Source: an uncultured Verrucomicrobiae bacterium (GTDB taxonomy: Bacteria; Verrucomicrobiota; Verrucomicrobiia; Limisphaerales; Palsa-1400). Taken from it: DNA of 64,000 bases. The position numbers were made by a program, and so were the translations under genes. The stretch is taken from NCBI GenBank assembly GCA_963707025.1, contig CAVPOM010000018.1, positions 480,001-544,000 of the forward strand, read 5' to 3'. The notes under the pieces are model-generated. The model was not told where the DNA came from and did not search any database. It saw only the letters and a list, made by a program, of their open reading frames with translations. Of this stretch, positions 28,060 to 38,969 are shown piece after piece (the first letter of the stretch is position 1; every line of letters starts with the position of its first letter).

Positions 28060-29085
28060 ATGCCTGCCAAAGTTTACACCGACAAAGACGCCGACCTGAA
28101 ACATCTGCGCAACAAGACCCTGGCCGTCCTGGGCTTCGGCTCCCAGGGCCACGCCCACGCCCTGAACCTCAAGGACAGCGGCTGCCAAGTCATCATCGGC
28201 CTGTACGAGGGCAGCAAATCCATTCCCGTGGCCCAGTCCAGGGGTTTTGAAGTGGTGGGCACGGGCGAAGCCGTGCGCCGCGCCGACGTCGTCTTTGTGG
28301 CGATTCCCGACACCAAACAGGCCAAAGTTTACCAAAAGGACATCGCCCCCAACCTGGCCCCGGGCAAGACACTCTTGTTCTCGCACGGTTTTTCGATTCA
28401 TTTCAAGACGGTGGTCCCGCCGGCCAGCGTCAACGTCATCCTCGTCGCCCCCAAAGGGCCGGGCCACATCGTCCGCCGCCAGTATGTGGAAGGCAAAGGC
28501 GTGCCCTCGCTCATCGGCATTTACCAGGACCCGGGCAAAAACTCCAAGCAAGTCGCGCTGGCCTGGGCCAAGGGCATCGGCGCCACCCGCGCCGGCGTCC
28601 TCCAGACCACCTTCAAGGAGGAAACCGAAACCGATCTGTTCGGCGAACAAACCGTGCTGTGCGGCGGCGCCTCCGCCCTGATTCAGGCCGGCTTCGAAAC
28701 CCTGGTCGAAGCGGGCTACCAGCCCGAGATGGCCTATTTCGAATGCCTGCACGAATTGAAATTGATCGTGGACCTGATGAACGAAGCCGGCATCAGCGGC
28801 ATGCGCTTCTCCATCTCCGAGACCGCCAAATGGGGCGACGTCAGCGTCGGCCCGAAAATCATTGATGCCTCGGTCAAAAAACGCATGAAGGCCGCCCTCA
28901 ATGACATCCAGTCCGGCAAATTCGCCAAAGGCTGGATCAACGAATACAACGGCGGCTACAAAAGCTACAACCGCCTGCTGAAAGCCGGCGAAAACCACCC
29001 CGTCGAAAAAGTGGGCCGGCGCCTGCGCGGATTGATGCCCTGGATGAAGAAACACTCCGTCAAAGGCGTCCAGGCAGCCTATTGA
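28060..29085 (+). CDS. ilvC: Ketol-acid reductoisomerase
   Basis: [49 protein letters not shown]. Confidence 0.98.
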   Translation: MPAKVYTDKDADLKHLRNKTLAVLGFGSQGHAHALNLKDSGCQVIIGLYEGSKSIPVAQSRGFEVVGTGEAVRRADVVFVAIPDTKQAKVYQKDIAPNLAPGKTLLFSHGFSIHFKTVVPPASVNVILVAPKGPGHIVRRQYVEGKGVPSLIGIYQDPGKNSKQVALAWAKGIGATRAGVLQTTFKEETETDLFGEQTVLCGGASALIQAGFETLVEAGYQPEMAYFECLHELKLIVDLMNEAGISGMRFSISETAKWGDVSVGPKIIDASVKKRMKAALNDIQSGKFAKGWINEYNGGYKSYNRLLKAGENHPVEKVGRRLRGLMPWMKKHSVKGVQAAY

Positions 29086-29105
29086 GTCGGGCGCCTTTCC
29101 AACTC

Positions 29106-29181
29106 GGCAGGGCCAGACTCTGTCGAGCCGTGAATCGCTTTCGTCGGAAAAAGTCAGGGTTCGACGGAGTCTCGCCCTGCC
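29106..29181. repeat. REP-like inverted doublet between convergent genes
   Basis: GGCAGGGCCAGACTCTGTCGAGCC ... GGTTCGACGGAGTCTCGCCCTGCC. Confidence 0.75.
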
Positions 29182-29189
29182 GGGAATTC

Positions 29190-30368
29190 TCAGTTATCCC
29201 ATTTGAAGTCGGTGAGCACCCCGTCTTTGAATTCCAAATCGGCGATGGGAGCGTTGCCGTAGGTGTCGTGGTGGAAACTGACCCGGATACTGACGTTGCC
29301 AGGCGCATCGCCGGAAGGGGCGTTGTTCCTTGTGTCGTTATCAGGCTGGGGTGAATTCCGCAGGGCAACCACCCAGCCATTCTTGCCGGCCTCTCCCAGC
29401 GCGGTCATTCCGGCATCGGTCAACAGGTCACTGAGTTTGGTTTCGCCCACTTTGTATGAATTGAGGCGGCCCACCACTCTCCCGGCCGGGCTGCGGTTGC
29501 CTCCCACCTCGCCCATGCGTGGTGAGCGGCGTCCGTTGCGGGGTTCCAATTTTGGGATGTCCATTTTGCCGCTGTAAAACTCGTCAAAAAGCGCGAAGGC
29601 CTCCGGGTCGTACTTCTTGAGTCCCTCGGTGCCGGGTTCCGGCCGGGTGCCGCGCAGACCGCCCAGGCTGCCGTGGGAGTTAAAATACCACATGGTCAAC
29701 TCGGCAAAGTATTCGGCCGGGTTGGAGCCGGCGTAGGAACCCAGCCAAAGCCCTTTGTCCTTTGAGATCTGGGCTTGGGCGTCGAACTTGGCGCGGATTT
29801 CCCGGCCCATGCCGGAGCCTTCGATGTTGTGGGCGAATTCGTGCAGGCAAATATCGCTGCCGCGATAGCGGTCGGTGGGGAGGTTGAGCAGGTTCTCCTC
29901 GCCACAGGAGGTGATCAATCCACCCATGCCACGGGTGCGGCGGTCGCGGGTGGCGCCGTTGTAGGTGGGTTCGTAGAGAGGCACATGTTTGTCCTGCCGC
30001 CATTCGGGAAGATCGGTGGTGACCTGGTTGCGGCCGATGATGTGCAATTCGCCGCCAGCGGCGGCGATGTTGCTGACCGCCATCGGAATGCGGGCCGTCT
30101 CCAGCGCCATGCGGTCATAGGCGCGGTACATGGCGTCGTCCACGACGACAGCCGGGGCCTTGATGAGAATGCCGTTGAAGGAAAGGACCTTGGTGAAGAA
30201 ACCATTCTCCGGCGGATCAATCACCTGGATTTTTGGGTAGGCCGACGCCGGCTTGTTGGTTTCATCAGCGGCGTGGAGGGGCCGGGCGAGTCCGCCGGCC
30301 AGCAGGAGAGCCAGGCCCAGCACGGCGGACCGCCTGGCCTGGCCAGAGCAAACAGGAGACATTTTCAT
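29190..30368 (-). CDS. Secreted zincin-type metallopeptidase-like protein
   Basis: Signal peptide, HEFAH motif, downstream NPAEYFAE. Confidence 0.65.
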   Translation of the reverse strand: MKMSPVCSGQARRSAVLGLALLLAGGLARPLHAADETNKPASAYPKIQVIDPPENGFFTKVLSFNGILIKAPAVVVDDAMYRAYDRMALETARIPMAVSNIAAAGGELHIIGRNQVTTDLPEWRQDKHVPLYEPTYNGATRDRRTRGMGGLITSCGEENLLNLPTDRYRGSDICLHEFAHNIEGSGMGREIRAKFDAQAQISKDKGLWLGSYAGSNPAEYFAELTMWYFNSHGSLGGLRGTRPEPGTEGLKKYDPEAFALFDEFYSGKMDIPKLEPRNGRRSPRMGEVGGNRSPAGRVVGRLNSYKVGETKLSDLLTDAGMTALGEAGKNGWVVALRNSPQPDNDTRNNAPSGDAPGNVSIRVSFHHDTYGNAPIADLEFKDGVLTDFKWDN

Positions 30369-30442
30369 AAGACGCATAGAGCGGGTTTTTCTCGCGGCGT
30401 TTACATCGCTGCGGCCGGATTCTGGCATGGCACGGATTGATT

Positions 30443-32152
30443 TCAAGGCTGAGTTTGCGCCGGGGTCTTGCCGTCCTCAAAAACCACTTCGCCGCCGATC
30501 ACGGTCATGAGGCATTTTGTTTTTGGGATGTCCGCTTCGGGCACCGTCATGATGTCCTGCGAGAGAACGGTCATGTCCGCCAGTTTGCCCGGTTCCAGCG
30601 TGCCTCGGGAGTTTTCCTCGAACGCGGCGTAGGCGGCCCATTGGGTGAACATTTTCAGCGCCTGCTCGCGGGAAACAGCTTGTTCGGGATGCCAGCCTTC
30701 CCCGGAAAACCCGGCCAAATCCTTGCGCGCCACCGCCGCGTAAAACTCAATCATCGGCTCGCCTCTCTCCACCGGCGCGTCCGAACCGCCGGGAATGATG
30801 GAGCCGGCTTTGAGAAAGCTCTGCCAGGCATAGGCGCCTTCCAGCCGCTTCAAGCCCAGCCGGCTGGCGGCAAAATGGAGGTCGCTGATGGCGTGCGACG
30901 GCTGCATGGAGGGAATGACTCCCAGGCGGGCAAAGCGCGGGATGTCTGCCGGGGCGACAATTTGGGCGTGTTCCACCCGCCAGCGCGGCTCCGGGATTTT
31001 GCGCTGCGCAAGCGGGACGGCGCGGAAGGCTTTTTCATAAAGATTGAGAATTTCGCGGTTGGCGCGGTCGCCGATGGCGTGGGTCCAGACCTGCACGCCC
31101 TCGCGCAGGGCCTGCTCCAGCGTGGGCAGGAGGTCTTCCTCCTTCCATTTGAGGAACCCGGCGCTGTCGTAATCCGAATAGTTTTCCAGGAGGGCCGCGC
31201 CTTTGGAGCCGAGAGCGCCATCCAGAACAATTTTAATGGAACGCATCGTGAAACGGTTGTCGAAAGCGTTGGTCTGGACACCTTCCTTGAGCAGGCGCGC
31301 GCTGTCCGGGCTTGGGCCGAGAATGGCGTCGTAAATGCGCAATTTGATTTTGCCCTCCTGATAAAGGCGCTCGATCAGGTCCACTTCGGCGAAGGTATTT
31401 CCCGGAATGTGGACTTCGGTCCAGCCCAGGCTCAGGCTGCGCCGCACGGCCAGGAGCAGGGCGCGCTCGTTTTCCTCCGGCGAGGCTGGCGGGATCAGGC
31501 GGGTGATCAGTTGCCGGGCGTTGTCGAGAAACATGCCGTTGGCTTGGCCGGTTTTCTTGTCACGCATAATTTCTCCGCCAAACGGATTGGGCGTGGCGTC
31601 CTCCACGCCGGCCAGGCGGATGGCCAGGCTGTTGGCCACCGCCCCGTGGCCGTCGGCGCGGTCGAGGAAGACCGGATGGTTGGACGAGATTTTGTCCAAA
31701 TCCCAGCGGGTGGGGAAGGCCTGCCCCTTCCAGAAAGTCTCGATCCAGCCCCCGCCGGTGACCCACGCGCCGGGTTTGGCCTGGTCCGCGCGCGTTTTGA
31801 CCCGCGCCAGAAAATCATCGAGGTTGGTCAGGCCTTCCAGGTTCAAATTCATCTCCCGTTCGCCGACCCGGCTCAAATGATAATGGGCGTCGGTCAGCCC
31901 CGGCACCGCGGTTTTTCCGCCGAGGTCAATCATCCGCGTGTCCGGCCCGCGCCACCGGGCCGCCGCCGCATTCGATCCCACAAACAGGATGCGCCCGTCC
32001 TTGACGGCGACGGCTTGGGCGCGCGGCTCTTTTTCGTTGCCGGTGTAAATGTTGCCGTTCTGGAAAACCAGGGCGGCCTGCCCCCACAGCACGGCCGGGC
32101 ACAAAACGGTCAGGAGCAATGATAAAAAGCAGGCCGGGCGGGTGGTTTTCAT
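30443..32152 (-). CDS. Exported amidohydrolase (YtcJ-like)
   Basis: Signal peptide, PGLTDAHYH, DGALGSKGA, HAIGDRAN, RVEHAQ, GSDAPVE, GKLAD. Confidence 0.92.
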   Translation of the reverse strand: MKTTRPACFLSLLLTVLCPAVLWGQAALVFQNGNIYTGNEKEPRAQAVAVKDGRILFVGSNAAAARWRGPDTRMIDLGGKTAVPGLTDAHYHLSRVGEREMNLNLEGLTNLDDFLARVKTRADQAKPGAWVTGGGWIETFWKGQAFPTRWDLDKISSNHPVFLDRADGHGAVANSLAIRLAGVEDATPNPFGGEIMRDKKTGQANGMFLDNARQLITRLIPPASPEENERALLLAVRRSLSLGWTEVHIPGNTFAEVDLIERLYQEGKIKLRIYDAILGPSPDSARLLKEGVQTNAFDNRFTMRSIKIVLDGALGSKGAALLENYSDYDSAGFLKWKEEDLLPTLEQALREGVQVWTHAIGDRANREILNLYEKAFRAVPLAQRKIPEPRWRVEHAQIVAPADIPRFARLGVIPSMQPSHAISDLHFAASRLGLKRLEGAYAWQSFLKAGSIIPGGSDAPVERGEPMIEFYAAVARKDLAGFSGEGWHPEQAVSREQALKMFTQWAAYAAFEENSRGTLEPGKLADMTVLSQDIMTVPEADIPKTKCLMTVIGGEVVFEDGKTPAQTQP

Positions 32153-32184
32153 GTGGGCGTCGCTACGCTGCGATTTGGTGTTGA

Positions 32185-33039
32185 CTACGCGAAGGCCTTT
32201 TCCAGCGCGGTTTTCATGACCGCTTCCGGCGCGGGGCGGCCCGTCCACATCTCAAATCCGATGGCGCCCTGGCCGACCAGCATGGGCAGGCCGGTCAGCG
32301 TTTTTAACCCCTGGGCGCGCGCGGTCTGGATGAAACGGGTTTCCGCCGGATTGGGCACCACGTCGCACACCAGCAAATCGGGCCGCCCCTCCTCCCAAGC
32401 CACCGCCGGCAGGCCGGCCACATCGGGAAACAAACCGATGGAAGTGCAGTTGACCAAAATATCCACCTCCGCGCCGATTTCGCACAGGCCGGTCCACAGT
32501 TCAAACCGGGCGGCCAGGCCGGCGCGCTGCCGGAGGTCGGCGCACAAAGCGGCCCCGCGTTCGGCGCTGCGGTTGGCGATGGCCAGCCGGCCCACCCCGG
32601 CCGCCGCCAGTTCAAACGCGATGGCCCGGGCGGCGCCGCCCGCCCCCAGCAGGAGCACGTTCCGGCCCGCCGCATCCAGGCCGGCCTCCTGCCGCAGGCC
32701 GCGCAGGAAGCCCTTGCCATCGGTGTTTTCGCCAATCAGCCGGTTGCCCTCGCGGCGCACCGTGTTGACCGCGCCGATGCGGGCGGCCTCGGCCGACACT
32801 TCATCGAGCAGGGGAACCACGGCGACCTTGTGCGGGATGGTCAGATTGACGCCGCGCATCCCCAGAGCGCGCACGCCGCGGATGGCATCGGGCAGCGCGG
32901 CCGGCGCGACCTCCAGGGTGAGATAGCGCCAGGGCAAACCGAGCGCGGCAAAGGCTGCCTCCTGCATCACGCCAGTGGGATTCTCGGCCACAGGCTGTCC
33001 GAGAACTCCGACCAGTTCCATTTTATAATTGGCGGCCAT
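32185..33039 (-). CDS. aroE: Shikimate dehydrogenase
   Basis: GVNLTIPHK, GAVNTV, ENTDGKGF, GAGGAARA, NCTSIG. Confidence 0.92.
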   Translation of the reverse strand: MAANYKMELVGVLGQPVAENPTGVMQEAAFAALGLPWRYLTLEVAPAALPDAIRGVRALGMRGVNLTIPHKVAVVPLLDEVSAEAARIGAVNTVRREGNRLIGENTDGKGFLRGLRQEAGLDAAGRNVLLLGAGGAARAIAFELAAAGVGRLAIANRSAERGAALCADLRQRAGLAARFELWTGLCEIGAEVDILVNCTSIGLFPDVAGLPAVAWEEGRPDLLVCDVVPNPAETRFIQTARAQGLKTLTGLPMLVGQGAIGFEMWTGRPAPEAVMKTALEKAFA

Positions 33040-33049
33040 GGACTGGGGA

Positions 33050-33085
33050 GAATGATAAATGAAAAAAGCCAAATGGTAAATGAAG
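33050..33085. repeat. Degenerate heptamer tandem repeat (AAATGAN-type)
   Basis: GAATGAT AAATGAA AAAAGCC AAATGGT AAATGAA; a similar ATTCANC triplet lies at 28025-28045. Confidence 0.45.
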
Positions 33086-33912
33086 AAGGAAGGGCGGCGC
33101 CGGTGGGAAGCCCATTTCACCTTTTGGACAGTTCCCAGGCAGGGACGCCGCGTTGCTGTAGGGTTGTCAAGGCATAGGTAACACCGTTATCAGGACGCGG
33201 GTGACACCTCGGACAGCCACCTCGCTCACCGGATGGATGAAGCCCGGCGTGTGGCCCAGGCAAAGGCTTGGTGGCCACCATTTGGCCGGAAGTAGTCACG
33301 CCGGTGGCCTGGCAGGAACTTCCGCCTTGAACTAGGTTGATTTGGATTTGTCGGAATGTCGGACAGAATGCGGACGAACTGTCGCAAGAGGTTGAACGGC
33401 AACAGCTTTTGCTGCCAAGCCAAAAACGACAGGCCATTTTGTGTCGGATTCGGCTACACTTCCGTGCTTTTCAAGTTCGTCATGGAACCAAAACCACTCG
33501 CCATAAGTAAATGGATATGAACAGGTTGCGCGTTGAGTTCCTCCGTGGAGAAGGGGATGGCAAGGATTGTGCTTAGTAAAACAGGTTTTTGATGTCGCAG
33601 ACCTAGCAGTGCAACGTTCACCTTTACGAGAATGAGTCAATGCGTGCGAACAAATCATGAGTTTGCTCATCAGTCGTGCTCGCATTTCTCGCCGCGATTG
33701 CTCAGGGTGGCCTTTCTGGCGCACGTTTCTTTTGTGCCCTTGCTGGCTCATGGTATGCGTCATTTTTGCCGGCCAGCCCGGTCTTTGGCCATTCCCGTCA
33801 CCTCTGCGGTCGAAAAGAACTTAATCCCTCCAAAGGAACCACGGTAAATGGGTCAAGACCGCGTGAAACAGGTCATGCCTCATGCCGCAGAATAGCAGCG
33901 CGGCAGAAATGT

Positions 33913-35919
33913 TCAATGGCCGTTCCCGGCCAGGCGTTGCAGCAGGATGTTCAACTCCTGCATGCGGGGCGGCTTGCTCAGCACCGCATCCACCTCCGGA
34001 ACCGATTCCCCCTCGGCTTTGATCATCGTGCCCCAGCCGGTCAACATGAGAATGGGCGTCTGCGGCGATTCGGCCTTGATGGCGCGGGCCACATGATAGC
34101 CGTCCATGTCCGGCATGCCCAAATCGGTGATGACCACCTCGAAGGGATGGCCTCCGCGGAGGCTGGAACGGAACATCTCCAGTCCTTCCTTGCCCCCCGG
34201 AGCCACGCTCACTTTGTGATGGTCCTTTTCCAGGCAATCATGCAGCAGTTCGCGCACGTTGGGTTCATCGTCTATGCACAGGATGTGCATGGAGTGGCAG
34301 GGTTGGAGGCCCGGCTGGGGCCGGGGCGATGGAACGGCCTGCTCGAGAATTGGGAAGATCAGGCGCACACAGGTGCCCTGGCCCGGCACGCTTTCAATCT
34401 CAATGCTGCCTTTGTGGCGCTGCACCATGCCATAAACCATGGCCAGTCCCAGGCCGGTCCCGCCGCGCTGCCCCTTGGTGGAGAAAAACGGTTCCAGACA
34501 ACGCTGCCGCACCTTTTCCTCCATGCCCGATCCGTTGTCCCGCACTTCCAGTTGCAGATCCTCCCCGGCGCCGGCGCCGTTGTCCAAGGCTGGGCGGATG
34601 ACCGAACGGGTGGCGATGCTGATGATGCCGCCTTTGTGGAGGGCGTCCACCGAATTAAAGATGATGTTGGTCAGGGCTTCGCGGAGTTCCCCGGCATTGC
34701 ACAGCAGCAGCGGCGCTTCCGACTCCAATTGACATTCAAGGTGGATGGAGAGGCCCTCGCGCTGCGCCTGATCGCGCCAGCGCGGGCGGGTGAGTTCGAT
34801 CACGTCCTGGATGGCCGCGTTGACGTTGATCAGGGCCAGTTTATCAGGATCCTGGTCGCGGCGGTAAAATTCCCGCATGTGGGCGACGATCTCGGCGACG
34901 TCCTGGGCCGCCTGGCTGATGCGCCGCAATTGGTGCTGCGGCTCCTTGGCCAAATTGGGCAGGGTGGCCAGCAATAATTCCGAGTAGGCGGTGATGGGAC
35001 ACATCGCATTATTGATGTCGTGGGCTATGCCGCTGGCCATCTGGCCCAAGGCGCGCAGCCGCTCCTGCTGCACCACCACCTGCTGGGTGCGGCGCAATTC
35101 ATCGTAGGCCTTTTGCGTCCCTTCGGTCAGCCGCACCTGGTCGTAAAGGCTCTGGCACTTCTCCTTGGCGGTCAGGACCTTGACCTGCAAGGCCTCTTTC
35201 TCCTGGCGGACCGCGGCGATTTCCGCGCGAACTTGTTCGGCGTGCTGGCGAACCTCCTCCAACACCAGCACGATCATGCTCACGGCGATGAAGAGTTGCA
35301 GGACGGCGGCCACGAAAAACCCGTCGCTGTAGAGGCTGGCGTATTGATGGAGCTCGGTCAAGGGGTAGGTGCCCAGGTAAATGCCCCAGAGTATAAAGCC
35401 CAGGGACAACATGCCCGCCCCCACGAAGGCCTTCTGCTTGCGCAGGCGGAAGAAGCAAGCGCCGGCGAACATGCTGCTCAAGCCCAGCAGGATGAAGATG
35501 GGCAACTGGATCTGTAGCAGATCGGTGCTCACCTGCGGACTGACGAAGGTCCAGACCACCAGGAACAGCATGAACACGCCAAAGGAGGTCTGCCGCACCG
35601 GCAGACTGAGAAAACGCAGGCTGCCCCACAACAGGAAGACCGCCGAAATTGAAACGCAGCACTGCTTGATCATGAAGATCGGGTCGCCCGGCGCCGGTTT
35701 CTCCACCCGCAGGCCCAAGGTCAGCCAGAGGGCATAAAACAACCACGCCGCCGTCCAGATGGTGAAATACTCCCGCCGCGTATAGCGGTTCAGGTAAAAA
35801 AACAGACCTACCAGAACCCACACGCTTAACAAGGAGACCATCAGAGCCGCCCGCAGGTACTCCGGGGAGTTCTGGGTAAATACCAGCCCCATTTCGTTCA
35901 GTCTCGTCATTACATCCAT
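33913..35919 (-). CDS. Membrane hybrid sensor histidine kinase with receiver domain
   Basis: About 7 N-terminal TMs, ASGIAHDINN, DNGSGM, GTGLGL, receiver TDLGMPDMDG. Confidence 0.93.
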   Translation of the reverse strand: MDVMTRLNEMGLVFTQNSPEYLRAALMVSLLSVWVLVGLFFYLNRYTRREYFTIWTAAWLFYALWLTLGLRVEKPAPGDPIFMIKQCCVSISAVFLLWGSLRFLSLPVRQTSFGVFMLFLVVWTFVSPQVSTDLLQIQLPIFILLGLSSMFAGACFFRLRKQKAFVGAGMLSLGFILWGIYLGTYPLTELHQYASLYSDGFFVAAVLQLFIAVSMIVLVLEEVRQHAEQVRAEIAAVRQEKEALQVKVLTAKEKCQSLYDQVRLTEGTQKAYDELRRTQQVVVQQERLRALGQMASGIAHDINNAMCPITAYSELLLATLPNLAKEPQHQLRRISQAAQDVAEIVAHMREFYRRDQDPDKLALINVNAAIQDVIELTRPRWRDQAQREGLSIHLECQLESEAPLLLCNAGELREALTNIIFNSVDALHKGGIISIATRSVIRPALDNGAGAGEDLQLEVRDNGSGMEEKVRQRCLEPFFSTKGQRGGTGLGLAMVYGMVQRHKGSIEIESVPGQGTCVRLIFPILEQAVPSPRPQPGLQPCHSMHILCIDDEPNVRELLHDCLEKDHHKVSVAPGGKEGLEMFRSSLRGGHPFEVVITDLGMPDMDGYHVARAIKAESPQTPILMLTGWGTMIKAEGESVPEVDAVLSKPPRMQELNILLQRLAGNGH

Positions 35920-36092
35920 TCATCGGCAGGAACCGGCCAAAATGAAGCAAAAGATTACAGAAGGTTTCCCGGACCAAACTTCCCGGAGGAACGCCCGGCT
36001 GATTCAGCCGGGGCCGGAGGAAAGCCTGGCCACGGCTGCGGCCCTGGATTTGTCCTTCCGGCGGCCGGCCGCCTGGCCAGTGGCTTCATTTT

Positions 36093-36108
36093 TGGCTCAT
36101 TTAATGCT
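36093..36108 (+). promoter_or_regulatory. Putative sigma54 -24/-12 promoter for the HDOD gene
   Basis: TGGCTCATTTAATGCT (GG-N10-GC). Confidence 0.45.
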
Positions 36109-36189
36109 TGCAACCAGAGGAATACACGGGTTAACTGGTCTCAGCGCCGACCGGGTTGCGTGATGCGACCTCCGTGGCCCGGACGCAAT

Positions 36190-37501
36190 ATGGAATCATC
36201 GGACCTCAGCAACGATTTTGCCGGTTCCAGAAGTTCAGAGGGGGACGATGGCTCATCTGAATCCCAGACCGCACCGCCGTTTGTTTCCGCCGCCTGGCGC
36301 GTGCTCTTTGTCGGAGGCGACGCCTTGTGGTTCGACCAAATCAAACGCGACCTCCTCTGCCTTGAGCCTCATTGGCGGTTGCTGTACGTTCCCGATGGCC
36401 CCGCCGCGGCGGGGATGGTCGCAGTCCAGCAGGTTCATGCCATGATTGTGGATGGCAGTGTCCCGGGCGCGCGGGAATTGATCGAGCATCTCAAAAAGGC
36501 GGGGGACCCAACGCTCCTCATGCTGCGTTGCGACATGTCGGACCGCCAGGTCGTTGCCTCATGGGTAGGCCTGGGCGTGCCCATGATCACCCGCTTCGGC
36601 GATGCCAGCCGCATCGTCTCCAGCCTGCTGCGCAACTGCCGCTTGCGCGACTGGTCGGCGGACCCCGCCATGCAACGGCTGCTGCCGCAGATCCGCAAGC
36701 TCCCCGCCACGCCCTTTCTCTATCGCAAGGTTTCCGAGGAATTGTCCTCGCCAAACGGTTCGTTGAATGTCGTGGCCAAACTCATCTGTCAGGACCCGGT
36801 CATGTCCGCCAAAATGCTGCAAATCGCCAACTCGGCCCTCTTTGCCGCCTCGCGCGAAATCACCGATATGTTTGAGGCGGTCATGATCCTGGGCAGTGAG
36901 CGGATCAAATCCCTCATTCTCCTGGGCGGCATTTTTTCCCAGGTACAGCGACGCCAAGATATCCGCTGCCTCCATTCAATCTCTTTTGCTCCACAGCGTC
37001 CAGGTGGGGGGTTTTGCCCGCGCCATCGCCTTGAACGAATCCAAAAGCTCCCGCACCGCCGAGGCCGCCTTCACCGCCGGCGTGTTGCACGACATCGGAA
37101 AATTGATCCTCGCGGGAAACCTGCCGGAAACGTTCGCGAGGGCGAGCGCCTTGGCGGCCGAACGAAAACTCTCCGCCCACGACGCCGAGATGCAAGTCTT
37201 CGGAGTCAGCCATGCCCGCTTCGGCGCTTGTCTGCTGGCCGCGTGGGGATTGCCCTTGCCGATCCTTGAAGCGGTGGCCTGGCACCACGAACCCTCCCAG
37301 TCTTCCGACACCGGCTTTTCCCTCCTCGCCGCCGTGCATGCCGCCAACATCTTTGCCCACCAGGCCTCGCTCCTGGCCGGCGCCGGCGGCCAGGAACCGC
37401 CGGCGCCCGTCAATCAGGAATACCTGGATGGCATCGGCCTGGGCGGCCGTTGCGACCGCTGGCGCGCGTCCTGCGGGATCCCGGCCGCCGCCCCCGCCTG
37501 A
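36190..37501 (+). pseudogene. Receiver-like plus HDOD domain gene with a frameshift near 36943
   Basis: First frame gives KLPATP..QDPVMSAKMLQIANSA..IFSQ; the next frame continues YSDAK..HSVQVG..AFTAGVLHDIGKL..HARFGA..WGLP..AVAWHH. Confidence 0.8.
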
Positions 37502-37638
37502 AAAACCGGCCAGCTTTCCCACCCGGCTGGCGAACCCCGGGCCGGAGGCGGTTCCATGGCCGGATGCGCCCGCATCAATTTCGACTTTGCGTCTTGAAAT
37601 TTGCGGGCGGCCGTCAATAATGGCGCAGCGCAAATTTG

Positions 37639-38253
37639 ATGAACGAATGGAATATTCAAGCCCGCTCGCACGCCTGCCAATCGTGTGGGAAACCTTTCGC
37701 CGACGGGGAGTTCTGCCAAACGCTGCTCCTGGAGGAACGCCACCAGTACCTGCGCATGGATGTCTGCAGCCGTTGCTGGGAAACCCAGTACGGCCAGGGC
37801 GCGGCCGACCGCAAAGGTTTTATCTCGCAATGGCAAAGTGTTTACCACCCGCCCCCCGGCGCGCCGCCCGAGGCCATCCGCCGGGAAACGGCCGAGGACA
37901 TGCTGCGCAAGCTCATCGCCGCCCGCCAGCCCAAGGACGGGCCGGTTTGTTTCATCCTGGCCGTGATGCTGGAACGCAAGCGCATTCTCAAAGTTAAGGA
38001 ACAGTTCCAGCGCGACGGCGCGCGCGTCTTCATTTACGAGCAGCCCGCCACGGGGGATGTTTTTACCATTACCGATCCCAACCTCCGCCTCGATCAACTG
38101 GAACAGGTGCAGCGGGACATCACCCAGTTGCTCAATCCGCCCGCCGCCGCGCCTGCCGCCACCGCCCCGGCCGCGCCGGCTTCCGCGGAAGAGGCGGCCG
38201 CTCCGTCTGCGCCCGGAGCCGGCGCCCCCGCCTGCCATGAAACCGCCCCTTGA
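37639..38253 (+). CDS. Hypothetical protein with CxxC...CxxC putative Zn finger
   Basis: CQSC, CSRC, LAVMLERKRILK; overlaps the rnc start. Confidence 0.75.
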   Translation: MNEWNIQARSHACQSCGKPFADGEFCQTLLLEERHQYLRMDVCSRCWETQYGQGAADRKGFISQWQSVYHPPPGAPPEAIRRETAEDMLRKLIAARQPKDGPVCFILAVMLERKRILKVKEQFQRDGARVFIYEQPATGDVFTITDPNLRLDQLEQVQRDITQLLNPPAAAPAATAPAAPASAEEAAAPSAPGAGAPACHETAP

Positions 38254-38965
38254 AGCGCCTGCGCCGCACCTCGCCGCCGGGACCGATCTCCACGCCTTCC
38301 AGACCCGGCTCCGCTATCAATTTCAAAACGTCGGCTTGTTGCGTCTGGCCTTGACCCATCCCTCCGTGGCCCATGAGGGGGACCGCGCCTCGCAGCACAA
38401 TCAGCGGCTGGAATTTCTGGGCGACGCCGTGCTGGGCCTGGTGCTGACGCGCGAGTTGTATGACAAATTTCCCGCCGTGAGCGAAGGGCCGCTGACCAAG
38501 GCCCGCGCCCAAATGATCAACCGCCGCACCCTGGCCGACCAGGCGCGCCGCATCGAGTTGCAGAATTATCTGATTCTGAGCCGGGGGGAGGAGGCCAATA
38601 GCGGACGGGGCCGGGCCTCGGCCCTGGCCGATGGGTTTGAAGCGCTCATCGGGGCGATTTTCGTGGACGGCGGGTTCGGCGCCGCCCAGACCTTTGTCCT
38701 CCAATCTTTCCACGAGGCCTTTGGCGAGCTGACCTCCATCCCCACCCTGGACAATCCCAAGGGCGAATTGCAGGAAACCCTTCAGGCCGCCTCCCCGCTC
38801 TCCCCGCAATATGAAGTCGTCTGCGTCACCGGGCCGGAGCACGACCGCCTCTTTGAATGCGTGGTGCGCCACGATGGCAAGGACTTGGGCCGCGGCAGCG
38901 GCAAAAGCAAAAAGGCCGCCGAAAGCCAGGCCGCCCTGGCCGCCCTCCGCAAATTGCGCGGCTGA
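38237..38965 (+). CDS. rnc: Ribonuclease III
   Basis: ALTHPS, NQRLEFLGDAVLG, ADGFEALIGA, dsRBD GSGKSKKAAE. Confidence 0.97.
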   Translation: MKPPLEAPAPHLAAGTDLHAFQTRLRYQFQNVGLLRLALTHPSVAHEGDRASQHNQRLEFLGDAVLGLVLTRELYDKFPAVSEGPLTKARAQMINRRTLADQARRIELQNYLILSRGEEANSGRGRASALADGFEALIGAIFVDGGFGAAQTFVLQSFHEAFGELTSIPTLDNPKGELQETLQAASPLSPQYEVVCVTGPEHDRLFECVVRHDGKDLGRGSGKSKKAAESQAALAALRKLRG

Positions 38966-38969
38966 ACTC

